From the NCBI GenBank assembly GCA_049601975.1, contig JBMYRC010000009.1, positions 414-64,413 of the forward strand: a stretch of DNA of 64,000 bases. The letters run 5' to 3'. Each line of letters starts with the position of its first letter. Position 1 is the stretch's first letter. Made by a program: the position numbers and the translations under genes. Positions 50,480-61,050 of the stretch are shown in pieces. A model generated the notes under the pieces. It had not been told where the DNA came from and searched no databases. It saw only the letters and a program-made list of their open reading frames with translations. This DNA comes from Alphaproteobacteria bacterium (GTDB lineage: Bacteria; Pseudomonadota; Alphaproteobacteria; UBA8366).

Positions 50480-52096
50480 TTATATTTTCCCCTCGCGCCT
50501 CGAAAGGAACGCGGATATACCAACGAAGCCAATCAGGCAGCAGAAAAACAACAAGTCGCGCCATTCGCCATAAACGGTAGGCTCCATCAGAGGCTTCGGT
50601 AGTTTAACATCGAGGAAGCCTCGTTCATTCAGCGGTATGACACCAAGCACTCGACCGTATGGACCGAAAACGCCCGACTTTCCGGTATAGGCGGCCCGCA
50701 AGACCGGCATGCCCTCTTCCACTGCACGGACTTTGGCATTGGCAAAATGTTGATGCGGGCCAGCGGAAACGCCGTACCAAGCATCATTCGTCAAATTAAT
50801 AATTGCAGATGGGCGATCGAGCGAATTGATCACTTCGCCCGGGAAAATTACTTCATAACACACCAATAAACTCACTGGCGGCAGTCCGGGTAGGCGCAAA
50901 GTGCGTACGCCTACACCGGGTTGATAACCCAGAGCACCTTGCGTAATTTTTTCGATCGGCAGCAAGGAGGCCAACGGCACATATTCGCCAAACGGCACTA
51001 GGTGGGCCTTGTCGTAATAGTCGACAATTACACCCGCCGCATTCATCACCAACACGGAATTGAAGGACCTAGCTGAACCAGCTTCGCGCCGCGGCGCGCC
51101 CGTAATCAAGAGGCCATTTTTTGGCACCACTTTCGCTAATACTTTGCGGGCCGACGCGTCGTTCGCCAAATAAAGCGTCGCCGCCATTTCCGGCCAGATC
51201 ACATGGGTGATCCAATCCGGGCGATCTTGCAGGCTGAGGCGATAATGCGCGCTGATGTTGCGGGAACGATATTGCCGCGCCCATTTCTCGCGCTGTGGAA
51301 TATTCGCCTGCACCAAACGGATGCCAACGCCAGGTGTCTCCGAAGGCGGCTCCACCGCCAACCGCAGGACACCTCCGCCCCAGTGCACGACAACGATGGC
51401 GACGGCGGCGACTAAGATCAACAAGCGACCTTTTAGGCGTCCCCTCCCGATGGCGGCCGCAGGCAATGCCGCCGCGACGAGGGCAAACAAACCCATACCG
51501 TATATCCCATAGAGTGATGCGGATTGCAGTAAGGGGTCGAGACCACTCCACGCATGTCCAAAAAGGTTCCACGGCAGACCGGTCAGCACATTACCCCGCA
51601 ACCAATCGACAGATGCGAACGCAGCCGCAACCGCGAGCGCAACCCCTAAGCGCCCGCGTGCGAGCGAAGCGACGCAAGCTGCAACGCCCGTGAAAATCGC
51701 CAAAAATGCCGGTAAACCTAGAGCGGCGAACGGCAACATCCAGGCATGCTGGTCGCCGAAGACCAACATTGCGTTGCCAATCCAATAAAGGCCGAAAGCG
51801 AAATAACCAAATGCGAAGCTCCAACCGAGGGCAAAAGAATTGCGCCACGACCGTTGCGGTCGGTCCAATTGCAAAACGAAGGTCGAAATCGACAGAAAAA
51901 GCACCGGCAGAAAATCTATCGGCGGCAACGCGAGGGTCGCCAGGCCACCCCCGAGGAAGGCGCATATGTAGCGCCGCCATCCGGAAAGATCTCCGAAATA
52001 GTCGCCGCAGCGATCGATCGCTACGCTAAACGGCAAGGTCCGAAGACGGTGGAATATTACAAATTCGAACCCGGCGAATGCGCCGCGCATCCGCAT
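50480..52096 (-). CDS. lnt: apolipoprotein N-acyltransferase
   Basis: 538 aa. Multi-TM N-terminus plus a CN-hydrolase domain (..LVCYEVIFPGE..). The only ATG starts (52096/52090) overlap the corC 3' end by about 70 nt. Confidence 0.85.
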   Translation of the reverse strand: MRMRGAFAGFEFVIFHRLRTLPFSVAIDRCGDYFGDLSGWRRYICAFLGGGLATLALPPIDFLPVLFLSISTFVLQLDRPQRSWRNSFALGWSFAFGYFAFGLYWIGNAMLVFGDQHAWMLPFAALGLPAFLAIFTGVAACVASLARGRLGVALAVAAAFASVDWLRGNVLTGLPWNLFGHAWSGLDPLLQSASLYGIYGMGLFALVAAALPAAAIGRGRLKGRLLILVAAVAIVVVHWGGGVLRLAVEPPSETPGVGIRLVQANIPQREKWARQYRSRNISAHYRLSLQDRPDWITHVIWPEMAATLYLANDASARKVLAKVVPKNGLLITGAPRREAGSARSFNSVLVMNAAGVIVDYYDKAHLVPFGEYVPLASLLPIEKITQGALGYQPGVGVRTLRLPGLPPVSLLVCYEVIFPGEVINSLDRPSAIINLTNDAWYGVSAGPHQHFANAKVRAVEEGMPVLRAAYTGKSGVFGPYGRVLGVIPLNERGFLDVKLPKPLMEPTVYGEWRDLLFFCCLIGFVGISAFLSRREGKI

Positions 52097-52949
52097 CTAT
52101 TATTTCGAATTCGATCCCAGAGGCTTCATGCGAGATTACCTCGCCGCGGGTCGGCACCCGACCGGCGAGATTGAAAATCAACCCACCGACGGTCTCGCTG
52201 CCGTCTTCGCGTTCTTCCTCGGTTAAGATTTGCCCGATTGTCTCTTCAAACTCACCGAGCCCGAGCCGAGCATCGACGTCATAGGTGCCATCCGCGCGCG
52301 CCGTCAACAGAGGCCCTTCATCGACATCGTGTTCGTCTTCGATTTCGCCGACAATTTGCTCGACCAAATCCTCAATCGTCGTCAATCCGTCGATACCGCC
52401 ATATTCGTCGACCACGAGCGCCATGTGGATGCGTTCCATCCGCATTTGCAGCAACAAATCGAGAACCCGCATGCTCGGCGCGACGAACAGAATCTTCCGC
52501 AAAAGTTTTCGCGTATCGTAGACATCGCCAGACGCCATTGAGGCCATCATATCCTTGATGTGAATCATCCCAAGCACATCATCAAGATTAGCGCGGTAGA
52601 CCGGCATCCTCGAATGCGCTTCCTCGGCAATCAAATTCAATAAATCATCGCGGCTAATAGAGACGTCGACCGCGACGATATCGGCGCGCGGCACCATCAC
52701 GTCGGAGACGGTTAGCGCGCCGACCGTGAGGACCTTATCGAGCATCGCACGCGCGACAGGATCGACCGGCGGTTCGTTCTCCTCATGTTGCTCTATGAGT
52801 TCTTCAAAAGTCTCCCGCAGACTCGAATCACCGTTTCGGCCGTTTCGCACACCGCGGAATAGCCCGCGAAAAAAACCAGCCGGCTTCGCGACCGCGGGTG
52901 GGTCTTCTCCAGTCTCGGCAATTTTGTCGGCAACCTGATCGCTGCTCAT
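52026..52949 (-). CDS. corC: CBS-domain / CorC_HlyC transporter-associated protein (CorC/TlyC family)
   Basis: CBS pair ([14 protein letters not shown]..., VLGMIHIKD) and a CorC_HlyC C-terminal domain. Conserved position after ybeY. Confidence 0.85.
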   Translation of the reverse strand: MSSDQVADKIAETGEDPPAVAKPAGFFRGLFRGVRNGRNGDSSLRETFEELIEQHEENEPPVDPVARAMLDKVLTVGALTVSDVMVPRADIVAVDVSISRDDLLNLIAEEAHSRMPVYRANLDDVLGMIHIKDMMASMASGDVYDTRKLLRKILFVAPSMRVLDLLLQMRMERIHMALVVDEYGGIDGLTTIEDLVEQIVGEIEDEHDVDEGPLLTARADGTYDVDARLGLGEFEETIGQILTEEEREDGSETVGGLIFNLAGRVPTRGEVISHEASGIEFEIIDADARRIRRVRICNIPPSSDLAV

Positions 52950-52955
52950 CGCATT

Positions 52956-53450
52956 CTACTCCGCTGCCGCGGCACCTTCTAAGTAGGGGTTGGGGTACCC
53001 AAGTTCGGCCAAAACCGTGATTTCAATGCCTTCCATTGCCGCCGCTTGATCCGCGTCCTGGTGATCGTGACCCAGCAGATGCAGCAAACCGTGCGCGGTC
53101 AGATGGGAGACATGAGCCTCCAGTGTTTTAGCATCGCGCTCCGCTTCCCGGATCACGGTTTCACATGCCAGTACTACATCGCCTAAATGAATTGGACCGC
53201 CCGGCGAAATCGGCTCACCCATCGGAAAGGCCAAGACGTTTGTCGCTTGATCCTTACCCCGATGCTCCCTGTTCAATGAGCGGATCGCCGCGTCGTCGCT
53301 CATTAACAGACTTACTTCACCATCGGTGGCGATATCCACACTCGCCCAAGCGTGTTCGGCCGCGCAACGCACTATTTTCTCGACATTCGGCAGCATCTCG
53401 CACCATTGCGGCGATACCATGGTCAATTCGATTTCAAGCTTGCCGGCCAT
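52956..53450 (-). CDS. ybeY: rRNA maturation RNase YbeY
   Basis: HGLLHLLGHDH zinc motif. Confidence 0.92.
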   Translation of the reverse strand: MAGKLEIELTMVSPQWCEMLPNVEKIVRCAAEHAWASVDIATDGEVSLLMSDDAAIRSLNREHRGKDQATNVLAFPMGEPISPGGPIHLGDVVLACETVIREAERDAKTLEAHVSHLTAHGLLHLLGHDHQDADQAAAMEGIEITVLAELGYPNPYLEGAAAAE

Positions 53451-53453
53451 GGT

Positions 53454-54425
53454 TCAGCGGCGCTCGTTCGTTGGGTTTCGTGCTTCATAAGCCCGCACGA
53501 TACGGGCTACCAAATCGTGGCGCACGACATCGGCGTCGGTAAACCGGATGAAGCACGCTCCTTCGACATATTTCAGAACCTCCACCGCGTCACTGAGGCC
53601 GGACTGGATGCCTGACGGCAGATCGACTTGGCTGAGATCGCCAGTCACGACCATACGGCTATTCTCACCCAATCGGGTTAAGAACATCTTCATCTGCATC
53701 CGCGTGGTATTCTGCGCCTCGTCGAGAATGACAAACGCATTCGATAAGGTGCGCCCCCGCATAAACGCCAGCGGGGCGATTTCGATCTCGCCGGATTCCA
53801 TGCGTCGCGCCACTTGATCACCCGGCATCGTATCGTATAGAGCGTCGTAGAGCGGCCGCAAATACGGATCGACTTTATCCCGCATATCACCCGGCAGGAA
53901 ACCAAGTCGCTCGCCCGCTTCGACTGCCGGCCGCGATAAAATAATCCTGTCTATTTGTCCGGTATTCATCATTGCAACCGCAGCGCAGACAGCCAGATAG
54001 GTCTTACCGGTCCCGGCCGGACCAAACCCGAAGACGAGATCGCGCTCCGTTATCGCTTCAATGTACCGTGCTTGAGTTGGCGATCTTGGCGCGATGCGTT
54101 TTTTCCAAGTCTGAATAATTGGCTGGTCGTCGCTCGACGCATCAAGTCCCCCACGGGCCATGCGAACGGCGGCGTCCACCTCCGCAGCATCGACCAATTG
54201 ACCCTTTGTCAATCGCCGGTAAAGCGCATCGAGCGCGCTGCGCGCGATATCCGCCGCATCGACAGGTCCAGAAATGGCGAGATGATTACCCCGGCTGATC
54301 AATGACACTCCGAGCCTATTTTCTATTTGGGCAAGATGCTTGTCATGCTCACCATAAAGCTGCGGCAATAAACGGTTATCGTCGAATTTCACGTGGACAG
54401 CGTCACCTTCGCTGGGTGTGGTCAT
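53454..54425 (-). CDS. phoH: PhoH family ATPase (YbeZ)
   Basis: Walker [26 protein letters not shown]. Confidence 0.9.
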   Translation of the reverse strand: MTTPSEGDAVHVKFDDNRLLPQLYGEHDKHLAQIENRLGVSLISRGNHLAISGPVDAADIARSALDALYRRLTKGQLVDAAEVDAAVRMARGGLDASSDDQPIIQTWKKRIAPRSPTQARYIEAITERDLVFGFGPAGTGKTYLAVCAAVAMMNTGQIDRIILSRPAVEAGERLGFLPGDMRDKVDPYLRPLYDALYDTMPGDQVARRMESGEIEIAPLAFMRGRTLSNAFVILDEAQNTTRMQMKMFLTRLGENSRMVVTGDLSQVDLPSGIQSGLSDAVEVLKYVEGACFIRFTDADVVRHDLVARIVRAYEARNPTNERR

Positions 54426-55816
54426 CGGTCTAATGCTAACGCGCTCTGAGGTCTCGCCACGGCAGTAGCATCCGTCGGCTCGGCAATGGCGCCCCGCAAA
54501 CTATTGGTCAGAATATCTTCGATCCGAATATCGGCGACATAGCCAATTCGATGTTTGGGCCCCGCGAAATGAACCGGATGCAAGAATGGCGAACGGCCGA
54601 CGAGCTGACCTTCCTCTCGCCCCTCACCTTCGATCAAGACCGATAACGTCTTACCCATCTGTTCACGGTTGAAAGCGTCCTGTTGCACGCGCAACAATTG
54701 CTGCAGGGATTCCAATCGATCCCGGCGAATTTCTTCCGGAACATGATCTTCGGCGGCGGCTGCCGGTGTGCCCGGACGCGCACTGTATTTGAACGAATAG
54801 GCTTGGACGTAGCCGATATCGTTCACCAACCGCAATGTCGCCGCGAAATCTTCATTGCTCTCGCCCGGAAATCCGACAATGAAATCTGAAGACAGTGCTA
54901 TATCGGGCCGCGCCGAACGGAGGCGGTCGACAAGACGGCGATACTCGTCGGCGGTATGCCGCCGGTTCATTGACGCCAAAATGCGATCCGAGCCGGATTG
55001 CACGGGCAAATGCAGAAACGGCATCAACTGAGGAACATCTCGATGCGCCTCTATTAATTCGTCATCCATGTCGCGGGGGTGGCTGGTGGTATAGCGAAGC
55101 CGCCACAAACCGTCGATCTCCGCAAGTAGGCGGATCAATCGGCCCAATCCCCAATCCCGGCCATCCGGCCCCAATCCGTGGAATGCATTGACGTTTTGGC
55201 CCAAAAGCGTGATCTCGCGACTACCCGACGCCACCAAGCGTCGCGCCTCCGCTACAATGGCCTCGACCGATCGCGATTGCTCGGCCCCTCTCGTATAAGG
55301 GACGACACAGAATGTGCAAAACCGGTCGCAGCCTTCTTGAATGGTCAAGAACGCGGAAACACCTTTAGGGGCACTTTCCTCGGGCAAATGATCGAATTTA
55401 TCTTCGGCCGGAAAGTCGATATCAATCGCCGGACCACTGTCACCCCGAAGCACCTGTTCCACCAAGGCCGGCAGGCGGTGATACGTTTGCGGCCCCAGGA
55501 CGATATCGACGTAGGGTGCCCGCGCCAAGATTTCCTCGCCCTCCGCTTGCGCCACGCAACCGGCAACGGCGATCAGCATCCGGCAGCCATCCGTCTCTCG
55601 TTTTTCCGCTTGCAACTGACGCAGGCGACCCAGCTCGGAATAAACCTTTTCCGCCGCTTTTTCACGAATATGACAAGTGTTGAGGACGACGATATCGGCA
55701 TCATTTGGCACGTCTGACGGCGCATAGCCGGAACTCGCCAGCGAATCGACCATACGCGCGGAGTCGTAGACGTTCATCTGGCAACCAAAAGTTTTGATGA
55801 AGAGCTTTTTTGCCAA
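54422..55816 (-). CDS. miaB: tRNA-2-methylthio-N6-dimethylallyladenosine synthase
   Basis: [14 protein letters not shown], radical-SAM [11 protein letters not shown], and a TRAM domain at the C-terminus. Confidence 0.93.
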   Translation of the reverse strand: MAKKLFIKTFGCQMNVYDSARMVDSLASSGYAPSDVPNDADIVVLNTCHIREKAAEKVYSELGRLRQLQAEKRETDGCRMLIAVAGCVAQAEGEEILARAPYVDIVLGPQTYHRLPALVEQVLRGDSGPAIDIDFPAEDKFDHLPEESAPKGVSAFLTIQEGCDRFCTFCVVPYTRGAEQSRSVEAIVAEARRLVASGSREITLLGQNVNAFHGLGPDGRDWGLGRLIRLLAEIDGLWRLRYTTSHPRDMDDELIEAHRDVPQLMPFLHLPVQSGSDRILASMNRRHTADEYRRLVDRLRSARPDIALSSDFIVGFPGESNEDFAATLRLVNDIGYVQAYSFKYSARPGTPAAAAEDHVPEEIRRDRLESLQQLLRVQQDAFNREQMGKTLSVLIEGEGREEGQLVGRSPFLHPVHFAGPKHRIGYVADIRIEDILTNSLRGAIAEPTDATAVARPQSALALDR

Positions 55817-55937
55817 CGTCAGGCGCTCTGAACGCGGACGGTAGCCACTGCCCCAGGGGTCATTGATGCAAAAAGCGCTGTGCGCCTGTAGTTTCTACAA
55901 TCTTTCATCTCACTCTAACACCGGAACATCAACGCTT

Positions 55938-56768
55938 TCAAGCGGTCGTCGTCGCATTGGGCGGCGGGGCGAGGACGCGGGTGTCATCGCCCCGACCGGC
56001 GATCGACCTGGAAAATCCACTCGTTATCGCGCGTTCGCAGTGGCGTGCCAATTCTTTCCGGGAATCAAAACCCTCCAGCGTCACCGCATCGTGAACGGTT
56101 ATCTCGACCCTGCAGCGTCCCAATCCAAGCAATTGCCAAAAATGTGGAGCAAAATTCATATCACCATACCAAGCGTAGAGTGGTCGCATTAAGCGTCCGA
56201 GCGGAAGCCCGTCGAGACGTGTATAGGCAATGGAAATCGGTTGTACCGGCACGGGACGCCTATTTGCTTCAAGCTCAGCGGCACTGAACAAACTGCTCTT
56301 GAATGGCAGGATCGTTGTCCCGTCACTGCTCGTGCCCTCCGGGAAAAATATGAGCCTATCACCACTTAAAAGCCGCGACGTCAATTCTTCCCGGTGCTTG
56401 CGGGCGTGACGCGGGTTACGTTCGATAAATACGGTGCGCTGGAGCGTCGCCAGAAATCCAAATACTGGCCACTGGCGAATATCGGCGCGAGAAACAAAAC
56501 TACCGTCGATGACAGAACCTATCGCGATCACATCGAGATATGAGATATGGTTCGAGACAAACAGGGCCGGACCCTCAACTAAAGATCCTCCTACCACGGT
56601 TACATCCATACCAATCGTGCGGCGGCACCAACGGAGCCAAATTTTCGGTAGCCAACGCGCCATATTCGTACGCAGCGCCAAGGCGGGACCCTGTACCACA
56701 ACAATGAATACCGTAAGCCCCATAAGAAGAAAGAGCCTAAAAACAGCTAAACTTGTCGATCTAGTCAT
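55938..56768 (-). CDS. lysophospholipid acyltransferase family protein (PlsC-like)
   Basis: N-terminal TM helix, NHISYLD (HX4D motif) and FPEGTSS. Confidence 0.8.
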   Translation of the reverse strand: MTRSTSLAVFRLFLLMGLTVFIVVVQGPALALRTNMARWLPKIWLRWCRRTIGMDVTVVGGSLVEGPALFVSNHISYLDVIAIGSVIDGSFVSRADIRQWPVFGFLATLQRTVFIERNPRHARKHREELTSRLLSGDRLIFFPEGTSSDGTTILPFKSSLFSAAELEANRRPVPVQPISIAYTRLDGLPLGRLMRPLYAWYGDMNFAPHFWQLLGLGRCRVEITVHDAVTLEGFDSRKELARHCERAITSGFSRSIAGRGDDTRVLAPPPNATTTA

Positions 56769-57049
56769 TCCGCCGCCACTGGCCTCCCGTCATGTGTCGA
56801 GCAAAGAAAGCAATCTGTTCAAATACTAGTTACCATACCACTCGATGCGACCGCACCGCTCAACAAGGATCCAAACGTCGATCCTCCCGAATTGATAGTC
56901 CACAACAGCATTATCGCCAAACGCAAACGCAGGCCGATAACATTGAAATTCAAAGAAATAACATGACAGCGCCGAAAGTTTTTCCAGCGGGGAGCTAAAA
57001 AAGAAGACCGTTTTAGGAACGTTTTAACGGCGTACCGCCAATATGAACC

Positions 57050-57481
57050 TTATTTGGCATCTTTATCTCGGCCCAATGGCACCGCATAAAGTTCGAGTTT
57101 GTGATCTACCAACGTATAACCAAGCCGTCGCGCCACTTCACGCTGCAACGCCTCGATCTCGTCGTTCGTGAACTCGATCACCTCACCGGATTCGATGTCA
57201 ATTAGATGATCGTGATGCTGTTCAGAGGATTCCTCGTAGCGCGAGCGACCATCGCCGAAATCGTGGCGGTCCAAAATACTCGCCTCTTCAAACAGGCGTA
57301 CCGTGCGATAGACGGTGGCAATGCTGATCTTTGGATCGATCGCCGTCGCCCGTTGATAGAGGAGTTCAACATCCGGGTGATCTTCGGAATCCGATAAAAC
57401 GCGCGCAATGACCCGGCGCTGACCGGTCATTTTCAGCCCTTTTTCTGAGCAAAGACGTTCGATGCGTTGGGAATCCAACAT
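57050..57481 (-). CDS. fur: ferric uptake regulator family protein (Fur/Mur-like)
   Basis: KMTGQRRVIARVL, SIATVYRTVRLFEE, HHDHLID metal-site histidines. Confidence 0.85.
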   Translation of the reverse strand: MLDSQRIERLCSEKGLKMTGQRRVIARVLSDSEDHPDVELLYQRATAIDPKISIATVYRTVRLFEEASILDRHDFGDGRSRYEESSEQHHDHLIDIESGEVIEFTNDEIEALQREVARRLGYTLVDHKLELYAVPLGRDKDAK

Positions 57482-57539
57482 CCATCAACTGCCGTCTGAA
57501 TTAAACAAATTCTTCGAAAGGATCACGAGTCGGACGGGA

Positions 57540-57968
57540 TTAACCGCGCCCTCGCCGAGACCGCGTCCCCAAACCAATCTCTTTCGCCAACCTGCTGCGC
57601 TGTTTCGCGTAGTTCGGCGAAACCATCGGATAGTCCGGTGGCAATCCCCAGCGTTCCCGGTACTCTTCCGGCGTCAGATTATACGCCGTCTTCAGATGCC
57701 GCTTAAGCATCTTTAGCTTCTTACCATCCTCTAGACAGATGATATAATCCGCCGTAACCGACTGTTTCGCGGGTACGGCGGGTACGGGACGGTCCGATCT
57801 TGGCTCTTGTTCGGCGCCTACGCTGACAAGGCTCTTGTAAACACGCTCAATCAAATCGGGCAGATCACTGACCGGCACGGTATTGTTCGATACGTGAGCC
57901 GCGACAATTTCTGACGTTAGACCGAGCAGTTCCTCGCGGTTGTTATCTTCTTGCGACGGTTCGGACAT
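57540..57968 (-). CDS. mucR: MucR/Ros family zinc-finger transcriptional regulator
   Basis: DYIICLEDGKKLKMLKRHLKTAYNLTPEEYRERWGLPPDYPMVSPNYA. Confidence 0.92.
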   Translation of the reverse strand: MSEPSQEDNNREELLGLTSEIVAAHVSNNTVPVSDLPDLIERVYKSLVSVGAEQEPRSDRPVPAVPAKQSVTADYIICLEDGKKLKMLKRHLKTAYNLTPEEYRERWGLPPDYPMVSPNYAKQRSRLAKEIGLGTRSRRGRG

Positions 57969-58156
57969 AGTGTGCTTCCTGTTTCCCGATGGACCCTCGG
58001 CGCCGTCCTCTTTTTAGATGGGACAAATGATAAAGCTTCCATGGGACCTGTATTCGTAAAGTGTTTCCGATCATTACTTGGTAATCGGTTAATTTACACT
58101 CTATCAAACCGATATTCGACTCAGCAAGCTGTTTAGTCGTGGTTCTTTACTAGTCG

Positions 58157-58627
58157 TTATTGCAGATCTGTTAGATCATAGGTCATCAGAATAGCCGCGA
58201 CCCGGCGCCGATCCGCCCGGCGGTAATAGTTCGCCCTGCGCCCTGTCGGCCGAAAATTGAGTTTACGGTACAATGCGATGGCTCCCGGATTGTCTTCGCC
58301 GACTTCAAGATGGACAGCGCGGGCACCCTCCGTGCGGGCAGCATAGAACATCGCGCGCAGCAACGCGGTACCCACGCCTTGCCGGCGTCCGTCCGACAGC
58401 GTCCCTATTGATAATACCTCGGCTTCATCCAGTATGGCACGGGCGATCAAGAATCCCATCGGGGTCCGGTCCGGACCGCCGAACGCGAGCAAACACCACG
58501 CGCCCGGTGTCCGCAGTAACGACGCAGCAACGACTTCCGGATAGGGTTCGTCGAAACTTTGTCCATAAATATGCGCGACGATTGGTAACTCGCCCAATGT
58601 AACTTCCCGAACATGGATGTCGTTCAC
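58157..58627 (-). CDS. rimI: ribosomal-protein-alanine N-acetyltransferase
   Basis: GNAT motif RRQGVGTALL. Overlaps and follows tsaB. Confidence 0.8.
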   Translation of the reverse strand: MNDIHVREVTLGELPIVAHIYGQSFDEPYPEVVAASLLRTPGAWCLLAFGGPDRTPMGFLIARAILDEAEVLSIGTLSDGRRQGVGTALLRAMFYAARTEGARAVHLEVGEDNPGAIALYRKLNFRPTGRRANYYRRADRRRVAAILMTYDLTDLQ

Positions 58628-59292
58628 GCGCGTCTCTTTCTGGGCGGCCCCACGTCCGGTGGCCTGAGATACATCGGTTCCGCCGCCATAATATCTCCCG
58701 TGGCGAAGCGTTCCCCAGCAAGACGCGCGACCCAGGTCGCATCCGGTAACACCGGACCACCCGTCAATTCAATATCCCGTCCTGTCGCTCGTAAAACGGT
58801 CGCCGCCCGTTCGCCTGCATCGCCCGCGATCCGCAACGATTGATCGGGAAAGAGGTCAGGCAGTGTCGATTCCTCAACAGCGGCCGGCTTTGAGGCCGGA
58901 TATCCATTCTTATCAAAATATTGGACGTAGATGTCGGCACGTTTTGTCTCTAACGCGACCAGCATGCCTCGGGTCTGCAGACCTTGAGCACGTGCGATGG
59001 CTTCGAAAGTCGTCACACCGGCGAGCGGCACGGACGCAGCAAGTGAAAGTGCCTGAGCGGTCGAGAGAACAATTCGCACACCAGTATAAGCGCCGGGGCC
59101 CACGGTAGAAGCGATCAGATCCAGGTCCATCGCTTTCCGGCCTGCCGCCGATAAGACGCGCTCGATCATCGGAACTAGCGCTTCGGCTTGACCCCGCCCC
59201 ATCTCTTCATATTGTCGGGAGATAATTTCTTCGTCGTGACAGATCGCTGCCGAGCAGGCGGCAGTAGCACAGTCGATACCAAGAACATACAT
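58624..59292 (-). CDS. tsaB: tRNA t6A biosynthesis protein TsaB
   Basis: MYVLGIDCATAACSAAI..., GPGAYTGVRI. Confidence 0.85.
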   Translation of the reverse strand: MYVLGIDCATAACSAAICHDEEIISRQYEEMGRGQAEALVPMIERVLSAAGRKAMDLDLIASTVGPGAYTGVRIVLSTAQALSLAASVPLAGVTTFEAIARAQGLQTRGMLVALETKRADIYVQYFDKNGYPASKPAAVEESTLPDLFPDQSLRIAGDAGERAATVLRATGRDIELTGGPVLPDATWVARLAGERFATGDIMAAEPMYLRPPDVGPPRKRRA

Positions 59293-59315
59293 GTCGCCGT
59301 GCCCCCTAGCGGCAA

Positions 59316-59897
59316 TCAGGCGAAAGAACAGATCTCGTCGAATTCGAACCGCGGCAGTCGGGCACTAACAGTGGAAGGATCACCATATCCCAAGCAACAC
59401 AGGAAATTCGATCGAAACGTGGTATCCGCCAAGAACAGCTCGTCCACCTTGTCGTTATCGAAACCCGACATGGCACCAAAATCGAGCCCCATGGCGCGCG
59501 CCGCCATCATTAAGTAAGCCCCTTGCAGCGAGCTGTTCCGGAGCGCCGTAGTTTGAATCAGGGACTGGTTTCCGGTGAACCAGGATTTTGCATCCCCATA
59601 GGGGAAAAGCCGCGATAAGTGTTCCGCAAATTCCAAATCGTAGGCCACGATTGCCGTGACCGGCGCAGTTAACACCTTGTCGACATTGTTTGACCCGAGA
59701 GTGGGCCGAAGTTTTTCCTTGCCTTCGTTGCTGGTGATGAACACCAACCGCATCGGAAGACAATTCCCGCTCGTCGAGCCGAGAATCACTAAATCATAAA
59801 CCTGACGCAACACGGCTTCATCAACCGGCCGGTCAATCCAGGCTTTTTGCGACCGCGCGTTGTTAAATAACAGGTCCAGTCCGTTTTGATCGAGCAT
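59316..59897 (-). CDS. nitroreductase family protein (malonic semialdehyde reductase RutE-like)
   Basis: 193 aa. LFNNARSQKAW...P, GSTSGNCLPMR, and length typical of the RutE/YdjA-like subgroup. Confidence 0.7.
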   Translation of the reverse strand: MLDQNGLDLLFNNARSQKAWIDRPVDEAVLRQVYDLVILGSTSGNCLPMRLVFITSNEGKEKLRPTLGSNNVDKVLTAPVTAIVAYDLEFAEHLSRLFPYGDAKSWFTGNQSLIQTTALRNSSLQGAYLMMAARAMGLDFGAMSGFDNDKVDELFLADTTFRSNFLCCLGYGDPSTVSARLPRFEFDEICSFA

Positions 59898-59931
59898 CGA
59901 GCCTCTCCGTTTCCGGCGTCATCCATCGCAA

Positions 59932-61041
59932 ATGTGCATAATGACTTGTCGCTATGGGCGAGACGGCGGTAATCTTCGTTTCGTGAATACGTGCTTGCCG
60001 CAATTATGCGCCGAACGCAACCTTCGGCGCTTCACCCTTCTCTGTGCTGCCGTCATGCTCTGGGGCCTTTTTCGGAGCACGGCGCTTGCGGCTGATTCCG
60101 CCGTCATTTTAATGTACCACCGATTTGGTGAAGCCGATCACGCGCAGACGAATATCACCATCGAACAATTCGAGCAGCATTTAGCGGAACTGGAAAATTC
60201 AAAATATACCGTCCTGCCAATTCCCGAGATTATACGTAAGCTAAAATCCGGCACGCCCCTGCCGGAGCGAACGATCGGGATTTCCATCGATGATGCCTTC
60301 TTGTCAGTCTTCACGGAAGCCTACCCGCGCCTGAAGCAACGCAACCTGCCCTTCACCTTATTCGTCGCGACTCAACCCTTGGACCGAAAATTACCGGATT
60401 ATATGAACTGGGATCGAATTAGAGAGCTGCGAGACGCTGGTGTTACGATCGGCAGCCAAACCCACACCCATCTTCATATGGCGCGGCGCGGTCCCGCCGA
60501 TAGCCGCACGGACGTGGAAGCGGCGAACAAACGCTTCGTCGCGGAATTGGGACAAGCCCCTAAGCTCATGGCATATCCCTATGGCGAAGCTGGTTTGGCG
60601 TCGATGACGGTGGTCCGCGACCTCGGTTTCGAGTTCGCATTTGGGCAGCATTCGGGCGTTCTGCACAAGAACAGCCCGCCGTATTTCCTGCCCCGATTTG
60701 CTTTTAACGAGGTTTACGGTAGCGAGGCACGCTTTCGATTGGTCGCCAACGCCTTGCCACTGCCCGTGCGCGAGGTCGCCCCGCACGACCCGCTCGTCGC
60801 GGAAAATCCACCGGCCTTTGGTTTCACCGTCGACTCTTCGATTTCCGATTTATCACAGCTCAGCTGCTATCATTCACAACAAGGTAAAGTCGGATTGGAA
60901 CGCTTGGGCAGCCATCGCATTGAAGTACGCTTCCCACGCCCTTTTACGGCTGGCCGCTCGCGTCTGAACTGCACATTGCCGGGACCGAAAAACCGGTGGC
61001 GTTGGTATGGCCGACAGTTCTACACGAAAACCAGCCGCTAA
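59932..61041 (+). CDS. polysaccharide deacetylase family protein, secreted
   Basis: ILMYHRFGE, ISIDDAF, GSQTHTH motifs of the NodB-type fold. The exact start is uncertain. Confidence 0.75.
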   Translation: MCIMTCRYGRDGGNLRFVNTCLPQLCAERNLRRFTLLCAAVMLWGLFRSTALAADSAVILMYHRFGEADHAQTNITIEQFEQHLAELENSKYTVLPIPEIIRKLKSGTPLPERTIGISIDDAFLSVFTEAYPRLKQRNLPFTLFVATQPLDRKLPDYMNWDRIRELRDAGVTIGSQTHTHLHMARRGPADSRTDVEAANKRFVAELGQAPKLMAYPYGEAGLASMTVVRDLGFEFAFGQHSGVLHKNSPPYFLPRFAFNEVYGSEARFRLVANALPLPVREVAPHDPLVAENPPAFGFTVDSSISDLSQLSCYHSQQGKVGLERLGSHRIEVRFPRPFTAGRSRLNCTLPGPKNRWRWYGRQFYTKTSR

Positions 61042-61050
61042 ATTACTTTC

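Noticed and set aside
56792-56998. 68-aa ORF in the fur / PlsC-like spacer as a small protein gene
   Set aside because: There is no Shine-Dalgarno sequence, the composition is basic and low-complexity, and no family is recognisable. It is more likely non-coding.
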